Assembly (NCBI GenBank): GCA_964475595.1 | Contig: CAYYXG010000003.1 | Location: forward strand, 42,420 to 106,419 | Length of the DNA stretch: 64,000 nt | From: an uncultured Flavobacteriaceae bacterium | GTDB lineage: Bacteria > Bacteroidota > Bacteroidia > NS11-12g > UBA955 | Direction of reading: 5' to 3' | In this document: positions 20,305-30,787 of the stretch, in pieces | Layout: every line of letters begins with the position of its first letter | Position numbering within the stretch: position 1 is the stretch's first letter | Notes under the pieces: model-generated | Told to the model about the DNA's origin: nothing | Databases searched by the model: none | The model's input: only the letters and a program-made list of their open reading frames with translations | Made by a program: the position numbers and the translations under genes

Positions 20305-22399
20305 CAAATCAGATAAAACCACTAAGTTACCAAAAAAAAACCATAAAAGCAAGGTACTTGAACCTTCTTTTAATCTTATAGACCGAGAACTGAGTTGGCT
20401 GGCTTTCAATGCCCGTGTTTTACAGGAAGCTGCTAATAAAAAGGTGCCTTTGCTGGAAAGAATCAAGTTTCTGGGGATTTTCAGCAATAACCTCGATGAG
20501 TTTTTTAGGGTCCGTGTGGCCGGCGTAAGGCGACTGCTGCAACTAAACAAGGAAGTTGGAAATAAGGAGTTCAAATCACTTAAAAAGGAGCTGGAGGCCA
20601 TCAAGGCAAATGTTTTATTGCAGCAAAAAGAATTTTCAAGGGTATATACTGATGAAATTCTTAAAGACTTAAACAAAGAGGGTATTGTTATTGTGGATGA
20701 AACCACACTAACAGCCGAGGAGGAAACTTTTATACACGATATATTTATCAATAAAATAGCAGGCAGGATAAGTCCATTGCTATTGCAACACGGCAAAGAG
20801 TTACCCAACATCAAAGACGGTGAAATTTACCTGGCAGTGAGCATGAGAAACAGCGTTTCAGGAAATGTGCAATACGCTTTGGTAGATATTCCCTCAAAAG
20901 CACTTGGACGATTCCATGTTTTACCCCACACAGAGGGTGAAAAGCGCATAGTTCTCCTGGATGATATGATTCGTGTGGGTTTGCCTTTGCTTTTCTCCAG
21001 CTTGGATTTTAATGAATTTACCGCCCACACCATTAAACTGACCCGCGACGCAGAGCTGGATATTGACAATGAAGTGGCAGTTTCGCTGATTGATAAAGTG
21101 GCCAAGAGCTTGAAACAACGTAAAACAGGAGCTCCCACTCGTTTTATCTACGATAAAGACATCCCTGAAGATTTACTCGATTTTTTAACCAGAAAACTGA
21201 AAGCCGACAAAGACAGCATTATTCCCGGTGGCAAATACCATAATTTCAGGGATTTTATTAAGTTTCCCGATGTTGATAGGCCTGACCTGTTAAATCCTAA
21301 ACAAAACGTTACACGCATCAAAGAAATTGATGAAGCCAAAAGTATGCTCAACCTGATCCAAAAGCGCGACTTGCTTCTCAGTTACCCCTATCAGCCTTTT
21401 GATTATATCATTCGATTGCTCAGGGAGGCGGCCATTGACCCTACCGTATTTGCCATACGCATTTCTTTGTACAGACTGGCGGAAAATTCCAGCATAGCCG
21501 GCGCATTAATCAATGCCATCCAAAACGGGAAACAGGTGATAGTAGTAATGGAGCTTAGGGCCCGGTTCATGGAAGAACACAACATTTACTGGGCCAATCG
21601 GTTGAGAGAGGAAGGGGCTTATGTAATTTATGGAATCCCGGATTACAAGGTTCACAGCAAGCTCATGGTTATTTCACGCAGGGTGGGTTTTGAGACCACC
21701 AACATTGTGCATATCGGTACGGGTAATTTCAATGAGGATACCGCACGACTTTATTGTGATCATGCTTTGCTTACTTCCAGAAAAAAAATTGGGGAGGAGT
21801 GCCTCAATGTGTTTGATCTCATCCAGAATTTCAGACCTGATAAGGCACGGTTTAGGACGCTATGGGTGAGCCCGGTGAATACCCGTGAGCGATTTATTGC
21901 CATGTTGCAACGCGAAATGGATTTTGCATCAAAGGGAATGCCGGCCAGGGCTATCATAAAAATTAATTCTTTGGTAGATGAAGCCTCTATCAAAGCCATT
22001 GTGCTGGCAGCAGATGCCGGAGTGAAAATAGATTTAATCAACAGGGGTATATGCTGTCTGGCAATCGATGAAAATCATCCCAATATCAGGGCTGTGAGTA
22101 TTATTGATAAATACCTAGAACATGCCCGTGTATTTTATTTTGAAAATGGGGGGGAGCCCGAGGTGTATATTGGCAGCGCAGACCTTATGCAGCGGAATCT
22201 GCAATCCAGGGTGGAAGTGACTGTGCCCGTGCAGGATAAGGAACTGAAACAGGTTTTAATACAAATGTTACAAATCCAACTTTCAGATAATGTAAAAGCG
22301 CGTATCCTTGAGCAAGGAATGCATAACAGTATGGTCAAAAAAGCCGTCGGAGAAAAAAGGATTCGTTCTCAGGAACTGCTACATTCCCTTTTTAATTAA
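20294..22399 (+). CDS. ppk: Polyphosphate kinase 1
   Basis: 701 aa. N-terminal NRELSWLAFNARVLQEA and LDEFF blocks, and a conserved PPK1 C-terminal tandem PLD-like region (HSKLMVI..., HARVFYFENGGEPEVYIGSADLMQRN). Confidence 0.95.
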   Translation: MTNSKSDKTTKLPKKNHKSKVLEPSFNLIDRELSWLAFNARVLQEAANKKVPLLERIKFLGIFSNNLDEFFRVRVAGVRRLLQLNKEVGNKEFKSLKKELEAIKANVLLQQKEFSRVYTDEILKDLNKEGIVIVDETTLTAEEETFIHDIFINKIAGRISPLLLQHGKELPNIKDGEIYLAVSMRNSVSGNVQYALVDIPSKALGRFHVLPHTEGEKRIVLLDDMIRVGLPLLFSSLDFNEFTAHTIKLTRDAELDIDNEVAVSLIDKVAKSLKQRKTGAPTRFIYDKDIPEDLLDFLTRKLKADKDSIIPGGKYHNFRDFIKFPDVDRPDLLNPKQNVTRIKEIDEAKSMLNLIQKRDLLLSYPYQPFDYIIRLLREAAIDPTVFAIRISLYRLAENSSIAGALINAIQNGKQVIVVMELRARFMEEHNIYWANRLREEGAYVIYGIPDYKVHSKLMVISRRVGFETTNIVHIGTGNFNEDTARLYCDHALLTSRKKIGEECLNVFDLIQNFRPDKARFRTLWVSPVNTRERFIAMLQREMDFASKGMPARAIIKINSLVDEASIKAIVLAADAGVKIDLINRGICCLAIDENHPNIRAVSIIDKYLEHARVFYFENGGEPEVYIGSADLMQRNLQSRVEVTVPVQDKELKQVLIQMLQIQLSDNVKARILEQGMHNSMVKKAVGEKRIRSQELLHSLFN

Positions 22400-23657
22400 T
22401 CATCTTGCTCTCTGCAGTGTTCCACCACCATATCAGGTTGGGAATAAACAGCAACATCCCCCAGCCCGGAATTCTGCTTTCCATGATAAAGTGACGAATA
22501 TCCCACGGAAGTATTGGGAAAAACAGGGTTAAGCCCATAAGGGTAAAAGTGATAATGCTGAAAAACAGTATGGTTTTTGGTGGGCGGAAACCATCTACTA
22601 TGTAGCTATGTAGCATAAGCGCAACTGCAGGCAAACAAAGCATTACCGAATAATCACGTTGATGCGGAAAAGCCACAGGAATGCAAGCCATAAAAAATGC
22701 AGCTCCGGCTAATACGGCTTTTTCTCCGGTGAATTTTTTGGGAATTAGGTACATGACTACCCACGCACTCAACAGGGTTATGATGGCCCGAAACGTCCAC
22801 TGAATCATGAAAATCTGCTGGGTTGATAAACCGGCGATCGAATAATCACTTTCGCCCCTAATAACCGTTCTCGTGAGATATCGGGTTAGCAAACTGGCAA
22901 AATCGGTAAATCCACCTTCGCCTACTGTGTTTACATGTTCCTTATTCAGTGGATTGAGGAGTCCCAGCCAGTCTTTCATGATTTGGCTATGATAATCAGC
23001 TGAAAGATACAGGTAGGGCAGAAGTAGCAATACAATCACTCCGGCTATAATCATCCCAAGGGCCCGGGCATTTTTCTTAATTATGTAATACCACAAAAAG
23101 AAAATGGGCAGAATTTTAATGTTAATTCCTATGGCAAAAGATAAACCTCCCGTAATGAGCCGATTTTGATTCATCCTGTAAACTCCTTCCATGCAACACC
23201 AAAGTATCAGAATGGTTAACTGACCGTAGAGCAGGTTCATGAATACAGCGTGATAGGAGATAAACGCCAGCACAATTAAGAACCAAGTTTCACGACTTGA
23301 GTAACCGATTCCTAAAAAATGCCTGAGTAAAATATAAATGCGGTTGAGCATGGTAAAACCCAGCAACATCCACAAGACTTTTAAGACTTGAACCGGGAAA
23401 ATGGTTAGTGGCGCCAGCACAGAAGCAAACAGTGGGCTATAATAGAACCACATGCCAAACATGTGCGGACCGTTATAGGGATTGGTGCCAAAATACAATT
23501 CCTGAGAAGCCAGGTAAAATATATCAAGGTCATTGTCTGCACTGATGTTTCTAAGTACCGGAAACAGTGCCAGGCAAAAAATTAAACCAATAATAACTTC
23601 CTCCTTTTGGAATCCACCTTTTTTCCATTTTATCAGAGGAAGAAATTTCATGGTCAT
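22392..23657 (-). CDS. Polytopic membrane protein, DUF2029 / glycosyltransferase family 87-like
   Basis: 421 aa, more than 10 TM helices. Overall topology and N-terminal loop resemble GT87/DUF2029 mannosyltransferase-like proteins. The family assignment is from memory only. Confidence 0.55.
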   Translation of the reverse strand: MTMKFLPLIKWKKGGFQKEEVIIGLIFCLALFPVLRNISADNDLDIFYLASQELYFGTNPYNGPHMFGMWFYYSPLFASVLAPLTIFPVQVLKVLWMLLGFTMLNRIYILLRHFLGIGYSSRETWFLIVLAFISYHAVFMNLLYGQLTILILWCCMEGVYRMNQNRLITGGLSFAIGINIKILPIFFLWYYIIKKNARALGMIIAGVIVLLLLPYLYLSADYHSQIMKDWLGLLNPLNKEHVNTVGEGGFTDFASLLTRYLTRTVIRGESDYSIAGLSTQQIFMIQWTFRAIITLLSAWVVMYLIPKKFTGEKAVLAGAAFFMACIPVAFPHQRDYSVMLCLPAVALMLHSYIVDGFRPPKTILFFSIITFTLMGLTLFFPILPWDIRHFIMESRIPGWGMLLFIPNLIWWWNTAESKMIN

Positions 23658-23663
23658 AATGGC

Positions 23664-25265
23664 TTATTCCATCGAAGCTTTGATGAATTTCACAAACAAT
23701 GGGTGAGGGTTTGCCACTGTGCTTTTTAGTTCCGGGTGAAACTGCACCCCCACAAACCATTTATGATCAGTGATTTCAACAATTTCAGCCAAACCGGTAT
23801 CCGGATTTGTACCGGTTATTTTCATGCCGGCGTCCTCCATGCGTTTTTTATATTTATCGTTAAATTCATAACGATGCCTGTGCCTTTCAGTAATTTTTGC
23901 CTTTCCGTAAGCTTTTAGAGCATTGGAGCTTTTACTAAGATCACATGCGTATGAACCCAATCGCATGGTACCGCCCATGTGGCTAATTTTTTTCTGACTC
24001 TCCATCAAATCTATCACCGGATTCTTGGTGTCGCTCATCATTTCTGTAGAATGAGCATCTTTCAATCCAAGTACATTGCGGGCAAATTCAATTACAGAAC
24101 ATTGCATGCCCAGGCATATACCGAAAAATGGGATATTGTTTTCACGGGCAAATTTTACGGCAGTCAGTTTTCCATCAATGCCGCGATTGCCAAACCCAGG
24201 TGCTACCAGGATTCCATCAAAACCACCCAATTTATACGGAGCATTTCCTTCCGTTATCAACTCGCTGTGCACGTAGGTTACATTGACCTTGCACTCGTTG
24301 GCAGCACCTGCATGTATGAATGCCTCATTGATGGATTTATAAGCGTCCGGCAATTCTACATATTTACCAACCAAAGCAATATTTACCTCGCTTTTGGGGT
24401 GTTCAAGTCTGAATAGAAAATCTCGCCATTGCTCCAGATCCGGTTCTTGTATGCTTTTTAATTTTAGCTTGTTCAATACAACCTTATCCAGTTTCTCCTT
24501 AAGCATCACCATCGGAACTTCGTAAATGGTATTCACATCAATGCTTTCTATCACTGCATTTTGATGAACATTGCAGAACAAGGCAATCTTTCTGCGCATT
24601 TCAGCCGTCAAATGCCTTTCCGTTCTACAAACAAGAATATCGGGCTGTACACCTTGTTCAAGCAGCATTTTCACACTGTGTTGCGTAGGTTTGGTTTTTA
24701 ATTCACCGGCTGCAGCCAGATAGGGAATAAGTGTCAGATGGATGACAATGGCATTTTCTGAGCCCAATTCCCAAAGCAACTGTCTCACACTTTCCACATA
24801 GGGCAGTGATTCAATATCCCCAACAGTACCGCCTATTTCTGTAATAATGATGTCGTATTCACCGCTTTCACCGAGATACTTCATACGCTTTTTAATCTCA
24901 TCAGTGATATGGGGAATGACTTGAACGGTTTTGCCGAGGTATTCACCGCGACGCTCATTTTCAATTACGCTCTGGTAAACACGTCCGGTAGTTACATTGT
25001 TGTTTTGTGAGGTTGGCGAGTTCAAAAAACGCTCGTAGTGTCCCAAATCCAGATCGGTCTCAGCACCATCTTCAGTTACATAGCATTCCCCATGTTCATA
25101 AGGATTGAGCGTGCCCGGATCTACATTGATGTAGGGATCAAATTTTTGGATGGTTACACTGTAACCTCTGGCTTGCAAAAGTTTGGCCAGGGATGCGGAG
25201 ATAATGCCTTTGCCGAGAGAGGATGTAACTCCACCCGTAACGAAGACGTATTTGGCTTTTTTCAT
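23664..25265 (-). CDS. pyrG: CTP synthase
   Basis: The true start is most likely [20 protein letters not shown] at 25265; the longest ORF reaches 25304. Synthetase domain plus C-terminal glutamine amidotransferase (GICLGMQ, HRHRYE). Confidence 0.95.
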   Translation of the reverse strand: MKKAKYVFVTGGVTSSLGKGIISASLAKLLQARGYSVTIQKFDPYINVDPGTLNPYEHGECYVTEDGAETDLDLGHYERFLNSPTSQNNNVTTGRVYQSVIENERRGEYLGKTVQVIPHITDEIKKRMKYLGESGEYDIIITEIGGTVGDIESLPYVESVRQLLWELGSENAIVIHLTLIPYLAAAGELKTKPTQHSVKMLLEQGVQPDILVCRTERHLTAEMRRKIALFCNVHQNAVIESIDVNTIYEVPMVMLKEKLDKVVLNKLKLKSIQEPDLEQWRDFLFRLEHPKSEVNIALVGKYVELPDAYKSINEAFIHAGAANECKVNVTYVHSELITEGNAPYKLGGFDGILVAPGFGNRGIDGKLTAVKFARENNIPFFGICLGMQCSVIEFARNVLGLKDAHSTEMMSDTKNPVIDLMESQKKISHMGGTMRLGSYACDLSKSSNALKAYGKAKITERHRHRYEFNDKYKKRMEDAGMKITGTNPDTGLAEIVEITDHKWFVGVQFHPELKSTVANPHPLFVKFIKASME

Positions 25266-25362
25266 GTTGGAAAAGCGATGGGAATTAGTCGCTACGGGAT
25301 ACAAAAGTACTAGCGGAAACCGGGCTTGGAAAAGAAACTAATTCAGTAGTTTTCAACAGAAC

Positions 25363-25391
25363 AAAAAACCCCGCTAAAAGCGGGGTTTTTG
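25363..25391. terminator. Rho-independent terminator hairpin, bidirectional
   Basis: AAAAAACCCCGC-TAAAA-GCGGGGTTTTT. A 6-bp GC stem flanked by an A-run and a T-run, immediately 3' of the PPIase gene and upstream of pyrG on the minus strand. Confidence 0.75.
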
Positions 25392-26474
25392 TTATTTTAC
25401 TTCCATTAGTTCGGTGTCGAAAATGAGCGTGGCATTGGGCGGAATCACACCACCTGCACCCCTGGGTCCGTATCCGAGTTTGGATGGAATGATGAGTTTG
25501 AATTTTGCTCCTACACTCATTAATGCAATGCCTTCATCCCAGCCGGGAATCACCTGTCCAACTCCGAGTTGAAATGCAATGGGTTCGTTTCTGCTGTATG
25601 AATTATCGAATTCCATTCCATCGGCCAGTTTGCCGCTGTAATGTACTTTCACTTGCTTGCCAGCAGTGGCTTTTTCTCCAGTACCGGCCTTTTCTATCAC
25701 ATACCAAAGGCCACTTTCTGTTTTCTGTGCGGTGGGATATAATTTCAGTACTTCTTCTTCACTGCGGGCAAAATCCTGCTTCTTCAGTTTCTCTTCTTTT
25801 GCTGCTTTCAGCGGTGCCTGCAATTTGTCAAACATTTCCTGGGTAGCCGTAAAAGATTCAGCTTCTGAACCTTTTCTGTATATTTTCAGGGCCACAATCG
25901 AATCACCCTGCTGGATTGCATCCACTACGTTTTGCCCTTCAATTACTTTTCCAAAAACGCTGTGTTTTCCGTCCAGCCAGTCGGTTTTGACGTGGGTAAT
26001 GAAAAACTGACTGCCGTTGGTACCGGGGCCTGCATTGGCCATAGACAAAATACCGGGGCCTGTATGTTTCAAATCTGCAGAAAATTCATCGTCAAAGTTG
26101 TAGCCGGGTCCTCCGCTGCCATTTCCTTGTGGGTCACCGCCCTGAATCATAAAATTGGCAATTACACGATGAAATTTGATGCCTTCGTAGTAGGGCATGC
26201 CCTCAGGTTTGGCGGTATTTTTAATTTTTCCTTCGGCTAACCCTACGAAGTTGCATACTGTTACTGGAGTTTGCTTGTAATGAAGGGTCAAAAAGATGCT
26301 GCCTTTGCTGGTTTGCATTTCAGCATAAACCCCGTCAGGCTGTGTTTGGATGATTTGTGGTATGGAATTCATTTTATCGTTTTTCTTTTGGTTGACCGCC
26401 TTTTTTGCAGTACCCTGTGCAAAACTTGTGCCTGCGTATGCAAAGGCAAGAGCGGTTATTATGTATTTATTCAT
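25392..26474 (-). CDS. Secreted dual-domain peptidyl-prolyl cis-trans isomerase (cyclophilin domain + FKBP domain)
   Basis: Signal peptide [20 protein letters not shown]. Cyclophilin motifs [15 protein letters not shown] and GSQFFIT. C-terminal FKBP block [41 protein letters not shown]...[10 protein letters not shown]. Confidence 0.85.
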   Translation of the reverse strand: MNKYIITALAFAYAGTSFAQGTAKKAVNQKKNDKMNSIPQIIQTQPDGVYAEMQTSKGSIFLTLHYKQTPVTVCNFVGLAEGKIKNTAKPEGMPYYEGIKFHRVIANFMIQGGDPQGNGSGGPGYNFDDEFSADLKHTGPGILSMANAGPGTNGSQFFITHVKTDWLDGKHSVFGKVIEGQNVVDAIQQGDSIVALKIYRKGSEAESFTATQEMFDKLQAPLKAAKEEKLKKQDFARSEEEVLKLYPTAQKTESGLWYVIEKAGTGEKATAGKQVKVHYSGKLADGMEFDNSYSRNEPIAFQLGVGQVIPGWDEGIALMSVGAKFKLIIPSKLGYGPRGAGGVIPPNATLIFDTELMEVK

Positions 26475-26823
26475 AGTTGATAGGTATGTTGTTCTGAATC
26501 TTTTTAGGCAATTTTCGTACCACTTCCTGAAACGAGTGCAAAATTAAGCGTTCAATGAAGGTTTCCGACAATCCATCAAAATAAACGGTATTCCACATCG
26601 TTTTATTCATATGCCATCCCGGAACAATCTGCGGGTATTCCTCGCGAAGTTGCTGCGCCCACTCCGGATTACATTTTAAGTTTATACGATCGAAATCATG
26701 AATATTCCCGAGACAAAACATCTTATTGGCCACTTTCCAAACCAGTACGCTTTCATCAAACGGAAAAGATTCTGTGACCAAGGGCAAACCCAAACAATAA
26801 TTTCTCACCTTATCCAAATGCAT
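26467..26823 (-). CDS. MmcQ/YjbR family DNA-binding protein
   Basis: 118 aa. [36 protein letters not shown] matches the YjbR/MmcQ fold family. Confidence 0.75.
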   Translation of the reverse strand: MHLDKVRNYCLGLPLVTESFPFDESVLVWKVANKMFCLGNIHDFDRINLKCNPEWAQQLREEYPQIVPGWHMNKTMWNTVYFDGLSETFIERLILHSFQEVVRKLPKKIQNNIPINYE

Positions 26824-26883
26824 GTGGAAAATAGTATGAAGGCAAAGCTAACAATCACCAGTAAATTTGAAAAATAAAATAGC

Positions 26884-27942
26884 ATGAGAAAAGCCCTGAG
26901 GCCTTTGAACTTAATTGGATTGCTTACTTACACTGCATCCGTTTTGGCTCAACCTACAAACACAGTCAAAAAACCTTCTAAGATTTTTGCTGAAAACCTG
27001 GAGATGCGCAATGGTGTGGCCTATTCAAAAAATAGACCCTACACAGGAACCAGTGTGAAATTATGGGATAATAAAATTGTGAATGAAGAAATTCAATGGG
27101 TGGATGGATATAAAAATGGCTCTTACAAAGAATTTACCGAAAATAACGTGCTCGTTGCCAATGAAACCTGGTCAGCTGGCGTGAAGCATGGTCCTTATTC
27201 CTACTATTATCCCAATGGAGCGATTAAGAACACCGGGACTTTTCAGAATGGAAAATTGGATGGTGAAATTATAGGATATTACCCCAATGGGAATAAACAA
27301 TACGCCGTTTTCTACAGCAATGGGGTTAGAAATGGCAGCAATGAGACCTGGTTTACCAATGGGAACAGGGAACAAACGACCCGGTTTGTGAATGATTTGC
27401 CCGATGGGGATGTTTTTGCCTGGTATCCCAATGGGCTGCCACGTTACCAAATAACCTATAAGATGGGCATAAAGCATGGCGCGCATTACAAATACCACAA
27501 AAGTGGTTGTCCTGCTGAGGAAAATTACTATAAAAATGGAAAGAGAGATAGTATTTACCGGCTGTATGATGAAATTGGATGCAAACTCATCGCTGAAGAA
27601 TCCTATGCTGAAGGAAATAAACATGGCTTATTTATTAAGTATGGTTTTAAAGGCGATACCCTGAGTGTTGAGACCTGGCAAGAAGGAGAGAGGGAGGGCC
27701 GCTATGCAGAATGGCGTGATAGAGAAATCGAAACCACCGGAATGTATTTGGCTGGTGAAAAGCATGGTTATTGGAAACACGGGTTTTCATCGCATTACCA
27801 AATGCGAGAGGGAACCTACAACAAAGGCATTACTATAGGTGAATGGAGGTTTTATGACGACAAAGGCAGGTTACTTGCTATTCAGTGGTATAATGATGAT
27901 GGTGAAGAAATAAAAAGTAAATTTTTTAAGAAGCGCAAATAA
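26884..27942 (+). CDS. MORN-variant repeat protein (YwqK family-like), secreted
   Basis: Signal peptide, then more than 10 degenerate repeats of G.....YYPNG....G.F.NGK..G (for example GPYSYYYPNGAIKNTGTFQNGKLDG). Confidence 0.75.
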   Translation: MRKALRPLNLIGLLTYTASVLAQPTNTVKKPSKIFAENLEMRNGVAYSKNRPYTGTSVKLWDNKIVNEEIQWVDGYKNGSYKEFTENNVLVANETWSAGVKHGPYSYYYPNGAIKNTGTFQNGKLDGEIIGYYPNGNKQYAVFYSNGVRNGSNETWFTNGNREQTTRFVNDLPDGDVFAWYPNGLPRYQITYKMGIKHGAHYKYHKSGCPAEENYYKNGKRDSIYRLYDEIGCKLIAEESYAEGNKHGLFIKYGFKGDTLSVETWQEGEREGRYAEWRDREIETTGMYLAGEKHGYWKHGFSSHYQMREGTYNKGITIGEWRFYDDKGRLLAIQWYNDDGEEIKSKFFKKRK

Positions 27943-27943
27943 A

Positions 27944-28600
27944 GTGAAGGCCAATAATGAAAAATGGGTAATTGGCATTACAGGGCTAAGCGGCTCGGGC
28001 AAAACCTATTTTATTGAACGCATCAAAGAAAAATTGCAGGAGAAAGTAGCCGTCATCAGCTTTGATGATTATTACAAACCGGTGCATGAGCAGGAGGTTG
28101 ATGATAACGGGATTATCAATTTTGATTTGCCCGGAGCCCTTTACCACCAGCAGTTTCATGAAGATTTACTTAAACTCATGGAAGATAAGCCGGTATTGCT
28201 GAGAAAATACAACTTTGAAAATCATGCGGCACCTGAACGGGTAGACATTATAGAACCGGCGCCAGTAATCATTGCAGAGGGCCTTTTTGTATTCGATTTC
28301 CCTGAAATTGACCATCTGCTGTCTTGTAGGATTTTTATAGAAACAGATATGCAGCTGAGTTTAGACAGAAGACTTGAAAGGGATATGCGTGAGCGGGGTA
28401 TTCCCAAGGAAAGAAGCTTGTATCAATGGCACAATCACGTAATGCCGGCCTGGGAAAAACATATTATTCCACACAAAAATCGCTGCGATTTACACATATT
28501 CAATGACGGTCCTGCTGAGGAGAACACCCAACGAATACTGAGGCACATTGCTAAAAATGCGCATCCTGAAGTAATACAGGAAATAGCAACTAAGTGGTGA
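27944..28600 (+). CDS. udk: Uridine kinase
   Basis: 218 aa. P-loop GITGLSGSGKT, uridine/cytidine kinase family blocks (DDYYKP, IAEGLFVF). Confidence 0.85.
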   Translation: MKANNEKWVIGITGLSGSGKTYFIERIKEKLQEKVAVISFDDYYKPVHEQEVDDNGIINFDLPGALYHQQFHEDLLKLMEDKPVLLRKYNFENHAAPERVDIIEPAPVIIAEGLFVFDFPEIDHLLSCRIFIETDMQLSLDRRLERDMRERGIPKERSLYQWHNHVMPAWEKHIIPHKNRCDLHIFNDGPAEENTQRILRHIAKNAHPEVIQEIATKW

Positions 28601-28603
28601 AGT

Positions 28604-29107
28604 TTACAGCGTAATAATGGCTGAACTGCGGGTGGAGGCGTCTACAATGCCAATACTGGGTTTACCAAATACACCGGCCACTTCTCCCGGATTAAGCAAC
28701 AGTGCATTTCCAAATTTTTGCTTTTCTGCCTGATGGCTGTGGCCATAAAATACACAATCATACCAGCCGGTTTTAATCATGGTTTTTGCATAGTACGGAT
28801 AATGGCTTACTCCAATTTTTAGGTCTCCCAATTGAAGCTGCGAATCGATGTCTCCTATGTATTCTCCATAGAGCTTCATATTGGTATATTCAGCACACAC
28901 TTGTTGGATATGAAATCGGTCTCCATCGTTGTTGCCAAAAACCGCATGCACGGGTAGTCTGCAGGCCGCCAACATTTTAGCGGCAAACGGCGAGCAAAAG
29001 TCACCGCAAAATATCAAAGCTTCAGCTTTTTCTTCAGCAAAGCGTTGCAATGCCACTTCCAACATGGGTAAATTATCATGAATATCGCTGAGTACGCCAA
29101 AAATCAT
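28604..29107 (-). CDS. Metallophosphoesterase, YfcE/MJ0936 family
   Basis: 167 aa. SDIHDN...CGDF...GNNDGD...GHSH metallophosphoesterase signature. Confidence 0.85.
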   Translation of the reverse strand: MIFGVLSDIHDNLPMLEVALQRFAEEKAEALIFCGDFCSPFAAKMLAACRLPVHAVFGNNDGDRFHIQQVCAEYTNMKLYGEYIGDIDSQLQLGDLKIGVSHYPYYAKTMIKTGWYDCVFYGHSHQAEKQKFGNALLLNPGEVAGVFGKPSIGIVDASTRSSAIITL

Positions 29108-29169
29108 CTGAATTGTTTTTTAAAAGGGTGCTCGAAAATACGCAAGTGTTGTAATTTTGTACCAATTTT

Positions 29170-29517
29170 ATGGCAATAATTATTACTGACGAATGCATTA
29201 ATTGTGGGGCTTGCGAGCCGGAATGTCCTAATAACGCCATTTATGAGGCAGGATTGGAGTGGACCATTGCAGATGGTACCGGCGTTCAGGGATCCTTTAC
29301 CATGGCTGATGGTCGTGTGGTGGGTGCTCATGATACATTTGCCCCCATTAGCAGTGAAGTATATTTCATTGTTCCGGATAAATGCACGGAATGTACCGGC
29401 TTTCATGAAGAACCTCAGTGCGCAGCCGTTTGTCCGGTAGATTGCTGCGTTCCTGATCCAGACCATGTAGAAAGCAAGGAAACCCTACTGGACCGCAAGG
29501 AACGTCTGCATCTCTGA
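29170..29517 (+). CDS. 4Fe-4S dicluster ferredoxin
   Basis: [12 protein letters not shown] and CTECTG...[10 protein letters not shown] cysteine clusters. Confidence 0.9.
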   Translation: MAIIITDECINCGACEPECPNNAIYEAGLEWTIADGTGVQGSFTMADGRVVGAHDTFAPISSEVYFIVPDKCTECTGFHEEPQCAAVCPVDCCVPDPDHVESKETLLDRKERLHL

Positions 29518-29570
29518 AATTATTGCTTTTTTTCATAAGAATTTCCACCAATTTTTTTCATTTTTGAAAC

Positions 29571-30302
29571 ATGCATTACCTCTGTACACAATCCTGGGTT
29601 CCACTTAGGGCTGAAGCTTCCTCCACATCCGAAATGGTCAGCAGCCTGCTGTTTGGCGAAACTTGCAGTCTTATTCAACAAAAGGAAGATTGGCTGCAGG
29701 TGGCTTGCTCACACGATGATTATGTAGGCTGGATACCGGAAAATTACCTGACCCAAAACACCGGACAAGTGGATGCCCTGGGTAGTAAGGTATCTGTGCA
29801 TGGGGCCATCATGCAGCATCCCGAAGGCCGGATTGACCTGTCTCCGGGCGCTGTAGTACCTAAAAATGGAGAATGCATCATTGATGGGAAAAAATTTCGC
29901 TATTCCGATGCCCGTGTTTTTGAACCTGAAATTAAGGATATTACAGGATTGTCCATGCTCTTTTTACACACGCCTTATCTTTGGGGTGGGCGCAGTGTAT
30001 GGGGCATAGACTGCAGCGGCCTGGTGCAGGTTGTGTATGGTATTCTGGGATTTCAATTGCCTCGTGATGCTTCCCTGCAGGTAAATCAGGGAATTGAGAT
30101 TGCATATGCAGATTCACGGCCGGGTGATTTGGCGTTTTTTGAAAAACAGGGAAAAATTATTCATGTTGGGATTTTGATGTCTGAACAGCGGATAATCCAC
30201 GCCAGCGGTAAAGTAAGGATTGATTATATGACAGAATCCGGCATCAAAAACAGCGAAACAGGACAATTAACACACACACTATCTTGCATTAAAAGAATCT
30301 AA
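29571..30302 (+). CDS. NlpC/P60 (C40) family peptidase with N-terminal SH3b-like domain
   Basis: Catalytic block WGGRSVWGIDCSGLVQVVY, GDLAFF...IHVGIL, IIHAS. Confidence 0.85.
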   Translation: MHYLCTQSWVPLRAEASSTSEMVSSLLFGETCSLIQQKEDWLQVACSHDDYVGWIPENYLTQNTGQVDALGSKVSVHGAIMQHPEGRIDLSPGAVVPKNGECIIDGKKFRYSDARVFEPEIKDITGLSMLFLHTPYLWGGRSVWGIDCSGLVQVVYGILGFQLPRDASLQVNQGIEIAYADSRPGDLAFFEKQGKIIHVGILMSEQRIIHASGKVRIDYMTESGIKNSETGQLTHTLSCIKRI

Positions 30303-30323
30303 GTTACGAAATTTGCCTGACAA

Positions 30324-30785
30324 ATGCAAAAATTACAGGAACATTTAATTGAAATTCGGAAAGAATTTCACCTGCGTCATGGCCACGAATTTGTTTTTTC
30401 TGAAAGCCAAAGCGAGGCCCATTTTGACATCACAACCCAGGCAGCGATGGCGTACATCCAAGGATTGGCCATGAGTGGCAAGATGCAGGAAATGCAGAGC
30501 ATGGTGAAAGGGGGAGAGGATGCATTGCGCAATAGCCCTTATTTTGAAGAACTGATTCAAAAATGTTCCGACAGTTATTACGCGCTGGATTGGGATGCTG
30601 ATCGCAAAAAGCAACTGGCAATAACTGCCCTTGCATTTGCTTTACAAGGGCTTAGAGATCGCTTTGTTGCCGGAGGTTATACGAACGATACTGCCGGCGT
30701 ACTGAAATTTTTAGGCCTCGACAGCGGCATGCTGGGCCTCATGGGCAAAATGGGCGGCATGTTTAATATGTTCAAGAAAAAATAG
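30324..30785 (+). CDS. Hypothetical protein with Gly/Met-rich amphipathic C-terminal tail
   Basis: 153 aa. No known motif. The tail reads GLDSGMLGLMGKMGGMFNMFKKK. Confidence 0.5.
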   Translation: MQKLQEHLIEIRKEFHLRHGHEFVFSESQSEAHFDITTQAAMAYIQGLAMSGKMQEMQSMVKGGEDALRNSPYFEELIQKCSDSYYALDWDADRKKQLAITALAFALQGLRDRFVAGGYTNDTAGVLKFLGLDSGMLGLMGKMGGMFNMFKKK

Positions 30786-30787
30786 TC

